This document shows positions 43,631 through 54,767 of a stretch of DNA of 64,000 bases, one piece after another. The notes under the pieces were generated by a model. It did not search any database. It was not told the origin of the DNA and saw only the letters and a program-made list of their open reading frames with translations. Position numbers and translations under genes: made by a program. The DNA is from Endomicrobiales bacterium (GTDB taxonomy: Bacteria; Elusimicrobiota; Endomicrobiia; Endomicrobiales; CAWCFT01), in assembly GCA_963794945.1 (NCBI GenBank), contig CAWCFT010000001.1, forward strand, positions 419,884 through 483,883, in the 5' to 3' direction. The first letter of the stretch is position 1, and each line of letters begins with the position of its first letter.

Positions 43631-44250
43631 AATACCCTAAACTAAGAGAGATCAAAGAAGCGCTTAAATCGTTCTTTAGCGCGCCTTACACCAATAAATT
43701 CCCTTATGCCCCTGCAAAAACATTCCCGGGCTTCCGCGGAAAACCTGAGCCCAACGATGCAGAGTGTATAGCCTGCAGTGCTTGTGCCGAGGTATGTCCG
43801 GCAAGGGCCATAGAGATAAGACAGAACAAGAATATTAAACCAGCGACAAGACAGGTTATTTGGCATTACGATATATGCATATTCTGCGGACAGTGCGAGC
43901 GCCTGTGCACAACACAGAAAGGCGTAAAGCTTTCAGAAGAGTACGACCTGGCCTCTTTCGACAGGGGGACATTGTTCTCAAAAATTGAAAAGGAACTGGT
44001 TGTTTGCGAAGACTGCGGCGAAGTAATTGGTCCAAAAGCCCAGCTCCTGTGGCTAATAAAGAAACTGGGGCCCCTGGCTTCAGGCAACTTCAACCTTATA
44101 AACACGTCCCAGAAAGAGCTGGGTATAGCTCCAGCCGATGTAACCGATGTAGTCCCTCCTCCAACTACCCGCGGCGATCTCTACAGGATGCTCTGCCCCA
44201 AATGCCGGCATGTCGTCCTTGTATTTAACCAGACCGGAAAACAGTCATAA
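43627..44250 (+). CDS. NuoI/MbhN/HycF-like 2x[4Fe-4S] subunit with extra C-terminal Cys pairs
   Basis: FRGKP, CIACSACAEVCP, CIFCGQCERLC, CEDCG...CPKCR. Confidence 0.9.
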   Translation: MKYPKLREIKEALKSFFSAPYTNKFPYAPAKTFPGFRGKPEPNDAECIACSACAEVCPARAIEIRQNKNIKPATRQVIWHYDICIFCGQCERLCTTQKGVKLSEEYDLASFDRGTLFSKIEKELVVCEDCGEVIGPKAQLLWLIKKLGPLASGNFNLINTSQKELGIAPADVTDVVPPPTTRGDLYRMLCPKCRHVVLVFNQTGKQS

Positions 44251-44263
44251 ACCCATCCTAAAA

Positions 44264-44272
44264 TGGTATAAT
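44264..44272 (+). promoter_or_regulatory. Extended -10 element positioned for a leaderless hypA transcript
   Basis: TG-G-TATAAT with 6 nt before the hypA ATG and no SD sequence. Confidence 0.5.
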
Positions 44273-44278
44273 ATCCAT

Positions 44279-44626
44279 ATGCATGAACTCGGAATAGCTC
44301 AGGATTTCTGGGCAGTGATAAAAGAGCAGGCGAAACTCAACGGTTTGAAGACCGTTTCTAAGATAGTTATCATTCTCGGTGAGGCGAGCGGCATAGACAA
44401 GGATTTTCTTGCCCACTCCTTCAAGGACCATATTCTGCCTGGAACGTTCGCGGCTGGCGCCGAACTCGAAATTGTACCTAAAGGGCTATGCGCCAAGTGT
44501 AACAGCTGCGGCAGTGAAATAACCACAGATATGATAACCGCGCTTAACTGTCCCCGCTGTAAAAGCTCCAATATCGAGATCGTGTCCGGCAAAGAAACCT
44601 ATGTCCAGAGCATCGAAGGGGAATAA
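44279..44626 (+). CDS. hypA: Hydrogenase maturation nickel metallochaperone
   Basis: MHE start, CNSC...CPRC, SGKE....SIE. Confidence 0.95.
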   Translation: MHELGIAQDFWAVIKEQAKLNGLKTVSKIVIILGEASGIDKDFLAHSFKDHILPGTFAAGAELEIVPKGLCAKCNSCGSEITTDMITALNCPRCKSSNIEIVSGKETYVQSIEGE

Positions 44627-46959
44627 AGCTTTCAGTATTCTTGTATCCGGAAAGGTACAGGGTGTTGGATTCCGTCCTTTTATCTTCAGAACCGCAAAAT
44701 CGCTGGGCTTAAATGGTTTCGTGGCTAATTCCACTTACGGCGCAGTTATCAAAATAGAAGGCAAACAAGAATCTATTGACGTCTTTATAAGAAATCTTAA
44801 AAGTACTATCCCGCCAAATTCAAATATTTCAAGCATTAAAATACAACCAATTCCTTTGAAGAACTATAAAATATTCTCAATAACCAAGAGCCTACCTGGT
44901 AAGTCAATTTCCGCCGATATTCCGCCAGACCTTTGCGTTTGTACCGACTGCGCGTGCGACATTTATTCCAAAAATAACCGCCGTTACCTTTACCCTTTCA
45001 CGAACTGTACTAATTGCGGCCCCAGGTTTTCCATAATCAAAGGCCTGCCCTACGACAGGAAAAAGACTACCATGAAAGGGTTCAGTATGTGCAAAGACTG
45101 CGAGAGAGAATATAATGACCCTCTCAACAGGCGTTTTCAAGCCCAGCCTAATGCCTGCCCTGTGTGCGGCCCAAAGGTAACGCTTCTATCAAACAGTTTT
45201 AAGCCTCTGGCTTCCGGTGCCACAGCTTTAGCGGAAGCTATCAGGCTGCTTAAAGAAGGTAAAATTGGAGCGCTCAAAAGCATCGGGGGATACCATCTGG
45301 CCTGCGACGCGACAAACCGCAGGACAGTTAAGCGATTGAGAGAACTTAAACGCCGCCCGTTCAAACCCTTCGCGCTTATGATGCCAAACATAGGCACTGC
45401 AAAGAAATATTGTCATATAAACAAAAGTGAATCAAAGCTTTTAACTTCAACGTCATCTCCGATCGTACTGCTTACGGCTCGCAAAGTTAAGGGCCTGCCA
45501 TATGACATTCTTGCCCCCGGCAACAACCGGTTAGGTGTCATGCTCGCGTATACTCCGCTGCATAAGCTTTTGTTCGATTCGTGCGATACCGGAAAATTCA
45601 ATTTCAAAGCCCTCGTTATGACTTCAGGCAACAGAAGCGATGAACCGATTTGCATAGACGAAAAACAAGTCAATGACAGATTGTCGGGGATAGCCGATTT
45701 TTTTCTTGTTAATGACAGGCCTATCCACAACCGCTGCGACGATTCTATTATTATTAACCTTAATAGCGAAAACAACGTATTCGTACGCAGGAGCAGGGGC
45801 TTTGTACCGGAGCCGGCATGTATCATAGCACGAGAATCGTCGACTCCAGTTGTTTTGGCGGCCGGAGCTGAGCTTAAGAACACGTTCTGTTTTGTTAGGG
45901 GTGCCTCAGCCTACCCTTCACAGTTCATCGGAGATCTTGACAACCTAGAATCATCGCGTTTTTATGAAGAGGCTTTCCTTAGGATGAAGGATTTTCTTAA
46001 GGTAACACCTTCTATCGTAGCGCACGACCTCCACCCGGATTATTATTCAACTATCTTCGCGAATAAACTGCTCAAAAACAACCCGAGATTGAAAACCACG
46101 CCCGTTCAGCACCACCATGCCCACATCGCTTCAGTCATAGCGGAAAAAGGTATTAAGGGTCCAGTCATTGGCATTGCGTTCGATGGTAATGGCATGGGAT
46201 CCGATGGCAACGTATGGGGAGGAGAATGCCTCCTTGCTGAAGGTGCAGGCTTTACACGGCTTGCCCACCTTGACTACTTCAGGCTGCCGGGAGGGGATAT
46301 AGCCACAAAGGAGATCTGGCGGCTTGCCGTTTCTCTAGCACACAAGTATTCTATCAAGGGCCTGCCGGCAACCGTCAAACGCAGAAACATCTCAAATTTT
46401 ATTGATACTATGATAGCGAGAGAGGTCAATTCCCCGTTATGCTCAAGCATGGGCAGGCTTTTTGATGCTGTTGCTTCATTAATAGGTATAAGGCAGGAAG
46501 TAACTTTTGAGGCCCAGGCAGCTATTGAGATGGAGTCGCTTGCCATGGACAACCCGGTCAAAAAAGGCTATAATTTTGATATAGTTTTCAGTAATGATAG
46601 TGCCAGCTGCCCAACTCCGGCTTTAATAAGCGTCAAAAAGGTTATTGAAGGTATCCTAAGAGACCTTTCGTCAGGCGTTGATAAAAGTATTATCAGCGCC
46701 AAATTTCATTTTACTGTTTCCGAGATGATACACAATATGGCCCGGAAGTTCTGCGCATACCATAATATAAATAACGTGGTACTTCAGCGGCGTATTTCAG
46801 AATAAAGTATTGCTAGATATGGCAGTAAAACGCCTTGAACGCTCTCGATTCAAAGTTCACTTCAATACGGTCGTGCCTCCAAATGACGGAGGCATATCGC
46901 TGGGCCAAGCCTACATAGCGGTAAAAACAGTCGAAGAAGCAGTTAAGAGAGCAAGGTAG
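44601..46959 (+). CDS. hypF: Hydrogenase maturation carbamoyltransferase; frameshift near 46787
   Basis: G.VQGVGFRP, C..C/NCTNCGPR/C..C/CP.CGP fingers, HDLHPDY, QHHHAH, SSMGRLFD, then (G)VFQN and PNDGGISLGQ in the shifted frame. Confidence 0.95.
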
Positions 46960-46964
46960 ACTAT

Positions 46965-47186
46965 ATGTGTTTAGGTATTCCAGGAAAGATCATTAAATTC
47001 GGTAAGGACCATTCGGCCGATGTAGATTTCGGAGGTGTAAAGCGGGTAATCCAGCTCGACCTCTTAAAAGGCGTTAAGAAAGGCGAATATGTCATTGTGC
47101 ACGCGGGCTTCGCTATACAGAAGATTACCAAAGAAGACGCGCTGGAAACACTGAAGCTTTTAAACGAAGCCGGGATCAACGGATAG
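46965..47186 (+). CDS. hypC: Hydrogenase assembly chaperone
   Basis: MCLGIPG, VIVHAGFAI. Confidence 0.96.
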   Translation: MCLGIPGKIIKFGKDHSADVDFGGVKRVIQLDLLKGVKKGEYVIVHAGFAIQKITKEDALETLKLLNEAGING

Positions 47187-47189
47187 CAA

Positions 47190-47777
47190 ATGAAAAACGG
47201 CATATTACACAAAAAGATATTCTGCGATATACCAACGCTTTCATCAAACAGGCTCGACCTGCGAAAGATAGCAATTTCTGATGCTAAAGACATGTTTGAG
47301 TACGCCCGGGTTCCCTCGGTTAGCAGGTTTACTCTATGGGCACCTCACAGGAATATTTCTGAAACACTGGAGTTCATAAAGCACATTATTAGGAGTTACC
47401 GCTCCTGCGATTCAGAAGACTGGGGCATAGTTTACAGGCCCGAAGGAAAGTTCATTGGCACGATAGGTTTTTTCAATTGGGATGAAATTAACAAAAAAGC
47501 TGAGATACATTACGCGCTGTCAAATAAGTACGCGGGTATGGGCCTTATGACCGAAGCGATAAAAACAGTTACGGATTTTGGGTTTGACAAAATGCGGCTT
47601 AACAGGATCGAAGCCCGGTGTATGCTTGCCAACAAAGCCTCCGAACGAGTGATGCAGAAATGTGGAATGAAATACGAGGGTATAATGCGTGGCGGGATTT
47701 TTGTCAAGGGCAGATATTTTGACTTAAAGACATACGCGGTTCTTAAGGCTGATCGGAAACGGAGAAAACGCAAATGA
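47190..47777 (+). CDS. GNAT N-acetyltransferase, RimJ/RimL family
   Basis: RL.LR...DA, G.G.MTEA, LNRIEA.....N.AS.RV..K.GM..EG. Confidence 0.9.
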   Translation: MKNGILHKKIFCDIPTLSSNRLDLRKIAISDAKDMFEYARVPSVSRFTLWAPHRNISETLEFIKHIIRSYRSCDSEDWGIVYRPEGKFIGTIGFFNWDEINKKAEIHYALSNKYAGMGLMTEAIKTVTDFGFDKMRLNRIEARCMLANKASERVMQKCGMKYEGIMRGGIFVKGRYFDLKTYAVLKADRKRRKRK

Positions 47778-48322
47778 TAAATAACATATGTGTTTTCTGT
47801 GGTTCCAGCATGGGGAACTCGAAAGAATATTCTGAGTCGGCGAGAAAGCTCGGCGCGCTTATCGCAAGAAAGGGTCTTAAGCTCATTTACGGCGGCGGCA
47901 GAAGAGGGATGATGGGAGTGCTCTCAACCTCGGCGATCGAGCACGGCGGTTCTGTTACCGGCATAGTACCGAAGGGCGTTTTCAGCGATAACCTTATAAA
48001 CAAAAATGTTACTGAACTTATATTCACCGATTCAATGCATTCAAGGAAAGCCCTGATGGGCGCTATGGCGAACGCTTTCATAATCATGCCGGGCGGCATA
48101 GGCACACTTGAGGAGTTCGCCGAGGTTTTTACCTGGGCTCAGCTTGGCCTGCATTCAAAACCCATCGGGCTTCTTAACACGAACAGGTATTACGACAAAC
48201 TGATAAGCTTTTTTGAGACTTCGGTGATGGAAGGGTTTTTCGATAGCATGAGCTTTTCAAAACTGCTCATATCGGACAATCCGGCAAGGCTTCTTAAAAA
48301 AGTAACGGGTGCGGATAAATGA
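47774..48322 (+). CDS. LOG family phosphoribohydrolase (TIGR00730-like)
   Basis: ICVFCGSS.G, YGGG..G.MG, MH.RK, PGG.GTLEE. Confidence 0.93.
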   Translation: MINNICVFCGSSMGNSKEYSESARKLGALIARKGLKLIYGGGRRGMMGVLSTSAIEHGGSVTGIVPKGVFSDNLINKNVTELIFTDSMHSRKALMGAMANAFIIMPGGIGTLEEFAEVFTWAQLGLHSKPIGLLNTNRYYDKLISFFETSVMEGFFDSMSFSKLLISDNPARLLKKVTGADK

Positions 48323-49353
48323 GCAGGATCAAGCGGCCACAGCTGAATTTAATGGAAGTCTGCGGCACACACACTATGTCCATCGCCCGGCACGGCCTTA
48401 AGGCAGTATTCCGCAAAGACGTAAACATGCTTTCGGGGCCGGGATGTCCTGTTTGTGTGACACCCGCTGGAATGATAGACGCAGCAATTGAAGCTTCTAA
48501 GATGCCGAAAACCATTGTTACGACTTTCGGAGATATGATAAAGGTACCTGGAAGTTCGTCAAGCCTTGAGAAGGAACACTCCAAAGGCGCGGATATACGC
48601 ATCGTATATTCGCCCTACGACGCTCTGGATATCGCACGGGCTAACCTTTCAAAACAGGTGATCTTCCTTGGCGCTGGATTCGAAACTACCGCCCCTACTA
48701 TCGCCGCAACTGTTGTTTCGGCTAAAGATAAAAAAGTAAAGAACTTTTCTGTTCTATCGATGTTCAAGACCATTCCTAACGCTTTAAAGGCGATACTCTC
48801 TATAAAGGGCCGGAAGATAGACGGTTTTCTTCTGCCCGGACACGTTTCCGCCATTATCGGAGAAAAGCCCTACGGCTTCATCGCGAAGAAATATGGCGTA
48901 CCCAGCGTTATATCAGGCTTTGAGCCGGAAGATATTCTAGGTTCTGTAAATATCCTGCTCGAAATGATAAGCAATAAAACTCCCTGTGTGATAAACAATT
49001 ACACGCGGGCTGTCAAGCCGGAAGGCAACGTAATCGCCCGGGAGATGATCAACACGGTTTTCGAAGAGACCGACTCCGACTGGCGGGGAATAGGCGAGAT
49101 ACCGAAGAGCGGCCTGGTTTTTAGAAAAGCGTTCTGTTTCTATGACGCTCAAAAACGGTTCGGCATCAAAGCTTTAAGGCCGAAAGAAAATATAAACTGT
49201 ATCTGCGGAAAGATCCTTTCAGGGTTGAGCGGCCCCGCCGACTGCCGGCTGTTCGGCAAGGCCTGCACTCCCCAAAACCCGGTAGGGCCGTGCATGGTCT
49301 CAAGCGAAGGCGCCTGCGCGGCTCACTACAAGTACGGCAGGCTTACCGTATGA
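48319..49353 (+). CDS. hypD: Hydrogenase formation protein
   Basis: MEVCGTH, GPGCPVCV, GFETT, PGHVS, GPCMVSSEGACAA. Confidence 0.96.
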   Translation: MSRIKRPQLNLMEVCGTHTMSIARHGLKAVFRKDVNMLSGPGCPVCVTPAGMIDAAIEASKMPKTIVTTFGDMIKVPGSSSSLEKEHSKGADIRIVYSPYDALDIARANLSKQVIFLGAGFETTAPTIAATVVSAKDKKVKNFSVLSMFKTIPNALKAILSIKGRKIDGFLLPGHVSAIIGEKPYGFIAKKYGVPSVISGFEPEDILGSVNILLEMISNKTPCVINNYTRAVKPEGNVIAREMINTVFEETDSDWRGIGEIPKSGLVFRKAFCFYDAQKRFGIKALRPKENINCICGKILSGLSGPADCRLFGKACTPQNPVGPCMVSSEGACAAHYKYGRLTV

Positions 49354-49574
49354 CCGCTCCTAAAATAAATGTGCAAAAGAGGGCCGGTAAAACTGTTACT
49401 GTTATAGCCGGGTTGCATACGTGCGGCACAGATAGGCTTAAAGAAATAGCGGCAGAACTTAAAGCTTCGCTTGGCGCAGGCGGGACCGTTAAAGACGGGC
49501 TTATAGAGATACAGGGCGATAAGGTAGAGTTTATTAAAAACTGGTTCAAGAATACAGGAAAATCTATTCAATGA
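49350..49574 (+). CDS. SUI1/eIF1-like translation factor (YciH-like), minimal form
   Basis: R.GK.VTVI.GL, LK...G.GGTVKDG.IEIQGD. Confidence 0.9.
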   Translation: MTAPKINVQKRAGKTVTVIAGLHTCGTDRLKEIAAELKASLGAGGTVKDGLIEIQGDKVEFIKNWFKNTGKSIQ

Positions 49575-51515
49575 AACGGCATTGGCAAAACAATAACAAG
49601 GCACACTCTTCCCGCGAAAACACCGGAGAGCTGGTGCAAGGCAAGATACAGCATCACGGACGTTTCGCGTTCCTGCTTTCCGAAAAGGAAGATGGTCATG
49701 ATGTCTTCCTGCACGGCCGTGGGCTGGCCCTCGCTATGGACGGCGACCGCGTTGAAGCCCGCGTTCGGCGAGAGGCTGACGGACGTTACTCTGGCGAGAT
49801 CGTCAGAGTGCTAAACCACGCGAACAATGTTCTTGTCGGCGTACTTAAACAGTTCCCGCACGGCTGGGCCGTGTTCCCGGAAAAGGGAAACGCGCTTGCT
49901 GCACAGGTAACGGGTTTTGCAAATAAGATAGCTCCCAAGGCCGGTTCGCTTGTAGTGCTTGAAATATCGCGCTGGCCGACCGAAACAACAGGTTCTGCGG
50001 GCATAGTCATCGAGCAACTTGGCGACCCTGACGACCTCCGCACTCGCATTTCCTCCATGCTGCGCGCCCGCGGCATTATCGAACATTTTCCGGCTGATGT
50101 CCTCGCGCAGAGCGAGTCCTTTGGCACAAGGCTCGAGCCGCACCAGTGGCAGGGCAGGGAAGAGCTGTTCGATCTGCCTGTTGTGACGATCGATGGGGCC
50201 GACGCCAAGGATTTTGATGACGCGGTTTCAATAGAAACTTTCGACGGGTTTTCAAGGCTTGGCGTACATATCGCCGACGTTAGCTATTACGTTAAACCTG
50301 GAACTGATCTAGATAAGGAAGCTTATTTGCGCGGAACAAGTGTTTATCTACCTGATAGAGTAGTGCCTATGCTGCCTCCTTCACTTTCAAATAACCTGTG
50401 CAGCCTCGTTCCCAACCAGGAAAGGCTCACCGTTTCCGTATTCATGGATGTTAACTCCGCCGGTGAGGTTATTCGCAGGCGCATGGCTGTAACAGTGATA
50501 CGCTCATGCAAACGCTTCACATACGAAGAGGTACAAACGCTTCTTGATGGGCAAAGCGTACGTTCAGTTACAGCCCCGGTTGCCGAGGCTGTCTTGAGAA
50601 TGGGAGCTCTGGCGAAAGTACTCCACCGGAACCGCGCTGGCCGCGGTTCGCTTGATTTCGATTTACCCGAATATAAAGTTGAAACAAACACTGACGGAAA
50701 ACCGCTGCGGGTAAGCCTTAGGGCAAGGATCGAGAGCCACCGGCTAATAGAGGAGTTCATGCTGCTCGCCAACGAGGCAATAGCCACGGAGCTTTTGGCC
50801 GCTAAGGCACCTTTCCTGCACCGCCGCCATGATGAACCGGACACGGCAAAGATAAAGACACTGGCCAAGACTCTTGGCGAGCTCGGATTTACGGCGGGGC
50901 ACCTTATGGGCGGTAACACAAGGAAAGCCATACAGGATATACTCCGCCAGGCAGAGAACAACCCTCTTTCAGAACATTGTAAATTCACTTATAGTGCGCA
51001 GCATGAAACAGGCCGTATACTCGCCTGAATCGTCCGGACACTACGGTATAGCCGCTACGGCGTACGCTCATTTTACGTCCCCGATACGCAGGTATCCAAA
51101 CCTCATGGCGCACCGCGCCGTAAAAGCGCTTCTGCTGGGCAATAGGGAGAACCACGGCGCCCTGTCTCTTGCCAAAGCGGGCGAGCACTGCTCCACACGT
51201 GAACGCGCAGCTGCTGAAGCCGAACACAAGTCAATTGACATCATGCGGGCTGAACTTTTTAAAGATAAGATAGGCACGGTACTTGAAGGCATAGTTACAA
51301 CCGTTGTAGAGAGCGGCTCGTTTATTCTATGCGGAGACACAGGTACGGAAGGCATGCTCCGCGTGACAAACCTTAAGCCTGGCGAGAAGGTTAAGGTACT
51401 GGTGGACGCCGTTGACCCTGTAGAAGGAAAGATTACCCTTTCTCTTGCCGACGCCCCAAGGATGCCGGCGCAGGTTCGCATCGAGAGACATCGCGGAAAA
51501 AGACACAGGAAATGA
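49571..51515 (+). CDS. rnr: RNase R / RNase II family 3'-5' exoribonuclease; frameshift near 50972
   Basis: TIDG.DAKDFDDA, VHIADVS, RGTSVY, LIEEFMLLAN, HFTSPIRRY. Confidence 0.88.
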
Positions 51516-51541
51516 TCTCAGAATATAGGAACTAATAGAAA

Positions 51542-53446
51542 ATGATCAAGATATTTGAACTCAACAAAGCTTACGGCGACCAGGTGCTCTTTGAGGACCT
51601 CACGCTTAACATAAACAGAGGAGAGAAGATCGGGCTTGTAGGTAGGAACGGGCACGGAAAATCTACTCTTTTCCAGATGATACTCGGAGAAATTGAGCCT
51701 GACTCTGGAAGCATAACCGTTCCCAGGAACTACCGCGTAGGATACCTTGAGCAGCACTTGCATTTCAGCAAACCCACGGCGCTTGAAGAGGCCTGTCTCG
51801 GCCTATCAGCGAAAGAAGAATATGATACCTGGAAAGTAGAAAAAATACTTTCGGGCCTGGGCTTCTCCGAAGAAGACATGAGCAAGAGCCCTGCCGAATT
51901 TTCCGGAGGCTACCAGATACGCCTTAACCTGGCCAAACTTTTAGCCTCTAACCCCGATATGCTCATGCTTGACGAGCCGAGCAATTACCTCGATATAGTC
52001 GCCATCCGCTGGCTCGAAGAGTTCCTGAGGGATTGGAGAGGCGAATTCATACTCATTACCCACGACAGGGGCTTCATGGACAGCGTGACAACCCATACCG
52101 TCGCGATCCACCGCTGCAAAGCAAAGAAAATTGAAGGCGGGACCGATAAACTCTATGCCCAGATAAACCAGGAAGAAGAGATATACGAAAAAACCAGGCT
52201 TAACGAAGAACAGAAGCGCAGGCAGACCGAAATATTCATTGCTCGTTTCAAAGCCAAGGCAAGCTTTGCGGCCCGCGCGCAGTCGCGCGTCAAGATGCTT
52301 GAAAAACAGGTCAAGCACGAAGCTCTGCAAAATATCGAAGACCTCGAGCTGCATTTCAACAGCGTCCGTTTCCCGGCAGCGCAGATGATGGCGGCCTACA
52401 ACGTGAGTTTTTCATATACCGGTACGGAGCCTTACCTCGTAAATAAATTCTCGCTCGAAGTGGGGAAAAGAGAACGCATCTGCATCATAGGCAAGAACGG
52501 CAAAGGAAAGTCCACACTTTTAAAACTTCTCGCCGGCGAACTCAAACCGATAGAAGGAAACGTAAAGAAACACTCTCTGCTCCAGGAAGGTTATTTCGGC
52601 CAAACTAACAAGATGGACCTAAACGACAACAACACCGTCCTTGAAGAGATCAAGAGCGCTGACAGCAAGTGCGGAGAGAACAAAGCGCGCAACATAGCAG
52701 GCGGGCTCATGTTCTCCGACAACAACGCCCTCAAGAAAGTAAAAGTGCTTTCCGGTGGCGAGAAGAGCAGGGTTTTGCTCGGCAAGATACTCGTCGCTCC
52801 CTGCCAGATACTTTTCCTAGACGAACCGACCAACCATCTCGACATGCAGTCGTGCGATTCACTTATCGACGCGATAGACGAGTTTGACGGTTCGCTTATC
52901 ATGGTCACTCACAATGAGATGTACCTCAGAAGCGTCGCGACAAAGCTCGTCATCTTTGACGGCGGAAGGATTAACATTTACACGGGCGGCTACGACGATT
53001 TCCTTAACGATGTCGGCTGGTCTGATGAATATAATTCCGAGAAGCCCAAAAAAAAGAAAATCGAAGAGAGCGATTCCGACGCAAGGGAACGCATTAAGAA
53101 AGCCAAGGCCGAGCTAAGACAGGAAAAAAGCGATGCACTGAACCCGCTGAAACTTAAGATAGACGAGTTGGAGTCATCTATCAAAGCAGCCGAGCAAGTG
53201 CTTCACTCAGATACCGAAGCGCTTATCAAGGCTTCCTCCGCAGGCGACAGAGAAATCATAACGGCTCTAGCCAAAAAAACACACCATTCAAAAGAGCTTA
53301 TTGAGGGCCAATACGAACAGCTCGACAAGATAAGCCGCGATTATGATTTCAGGAACCAAAATTTCGAAACCAGGCTGCGCGAATTAGAAGGCTCGCAGCC
53401 CGGAACAGAAAACAACATAGTTGAAGACGAAGCAGAATCCGCTTAA
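51542..53446 (+). CDS. ABC-F family ribosome-associated ATPase
   Basis: Two ABC domains ([38 protein letters not shown]), no TM, C-terminal coiled coil. Confidence 0.93.
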   Translation: MIKIFELNKAYGDQVLFEDLTLNINRGEKIGLVGRNGHGKSTLFQMILGEIEPDSGSITVPRNYRVGYLEQHLHFSKPTALEEACLGLSAKEEYDTWKVEKILSGLGFSEEDMSKSPAEFSGGYQIRLNLAKLLASNPDMLMLDEPSNYLDIVAIRWLEEFLRDWRGEFILITHDRGFMDSVTTHTVAIHRCKAKKIEGGTDKLYAQINQEEEIYEKTRLNEEQKRRQTEIFIARFKAKASFAARAQSRVKMLEKQVKHEALQNIEDLELHFNSVRFPAAQMMAAYNVSFSYTGTEPYLVNKFSLEVGKRERICIIGKNGKGKSTLLKLLAGELKPIEGNVKKHSLLQEGYFGQTNKMDLNDNNTVLEEIKSADSKCGENKARNIAGGLMFSDNNALKKVKVLSGGEKSRVLLGKILVAPCQILFLDEPTNHLDMQSCDSLIDAIDEFDGSLIMVTHNEMYLRSVATKLVIFDGGRINIYTGGYDDFLNDVGWSDEYNSEKPKKKKIEESDSDARERIKKAKAELRQEKSDALNPLKLKIDELESSIKAAEQVLHSDTEALIKASSAGDREIITALAKKTHHSKELIEGQYEQLDKISRDYDFRNQNFETRLRELEGSQPGTENNIVEDEAESA

Positions 53447-53508
53447 AGCAATTGAAGCAACACAGGTTTGATGTTGAGTTAGTTTAGATAAAAGCGCAAG
53501 AGGGGAAC

Positions 53509-54736
53509 ATGAAAAATATGAATTCTTTAAAAATGCCGGCTCTCAACGACAAGAGCATTATTATTATCCTGCGTTTCCTGGTCATATTAGTAACATTTTT
53601 TCTCACAATCTATGATTTTAGGCAGGATATAAGGCCTGCGGTGTTAACGCTGGTCTTTGGCCTTTTCCTTCTTTCCGATTTCGTTCTAATTTTCGTGCCC
53701 AGGTTTGTCTTCACTATGAAAGGCTTACGAAACGGTATTTTTCTGCTAGACGTTATCCTTATATCCTGCGTTATTTACCTGACCGGCGGCCTTTAGACAG
53801 ACCTTTACCTCATATATTTTCTTATAATATTTATGTCCAGCAGCGGAAGCAACATCAAGCACGCGTTCATCATGACTATCGTCGTCGCAGCCATCTACGT
53901 GTTCCTTCTAGCCCGCATGGGTTTTTCTTTTTCGCTTTCGAACCCCGGCCTGCTACTGAGAATACCGTTTATATTCATTCTTTCTTTCGTTTTTCTCTAT
54001 TACGCGCAGGAGGAAAAAAGACTGATCCAGATACAGGCGGAAAGAGTAGACCGCCTGACAATGATAGGTGAAATGACAGCAGACATAATACATGAGATCA
54101 AGAACCCGCTTACCGTTATACTAGGCAACGCCCAAATACTGGATGACGTTGACCCTGATGTGGCGCGCAAAGAACTATGGCCGGACATTGTCAAGGCTAC
54201 GCAACTGCTTTCTACAAAGATCAATTCGATCCTTGCCTTTGCGCGCAACGACAATTCCGAGACAATGGGGCCGATTGATATCGTGTCTACTCTGCGCTCG
54301 GCGCTGGAAATGTGCCGCAGTCAACTGTTAAGGGACCATATAAAGATCAACGAGAAGTTCCATGAAGGGCTCCCTACGATCTTCGGCAGCCGAAACGGGA
54401 TTGACCAAGTGTTCGTCAATATCATTACGAATGCCAATTATGCTCTGACAAAATTCAAGCCAAAAGAAGACAGGAAGCTGTACATTACAATAGAGAAGCA
54501 GGGGAAAAAGATAGTTATTACGTTTAAAGATAACGGCCCCGGCATTGACAAAGAAGGGCTTGAAAAGATCTTTACACCGTTCTACACAACTAAACCAGAA
54601 GGCGAAGGAACTGGCCTGGGCCTGAGCATTTGCTACAAGATAATTAAGCAGCACGGCGGTGACATTCGGGTATCCAGTAAAGCCGGTTCTGGGCGCGGCC
54701 TTTATAATAGAGTTACCCATCACAGAAACGTTCTAA
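53509..54736 (+). CDS. Membrane sensor histidine kinase with an in-frame TAG at 53794 and a frameshift near 54688 (possible pseudogene)
   Basis: Multi-TM N-terminus continues in the same frame across the TAG; HEIKNPL, QVF.NI..NA, DNGPGI, FYTTK..GEGTGLGL. Confidence 0.85.
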
Positions 54737-54767
54737 ATAGCGCGGCCTAATATATCAAAGGATTAAA

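Noticed and set aside
34906..44250. Respiratory complex I or a Ni-free Mbs/Ehr complex
   Set aside because: Large subunit keeps both CxxC motifs and hyp genes follow; no NuoA/E/F/G
53794..53796. Genome-wide TAG reassignment
   Set aside because: TAG is the natural stop of several genes here (carbamoyltransferase, fabG, hypF, hypC)
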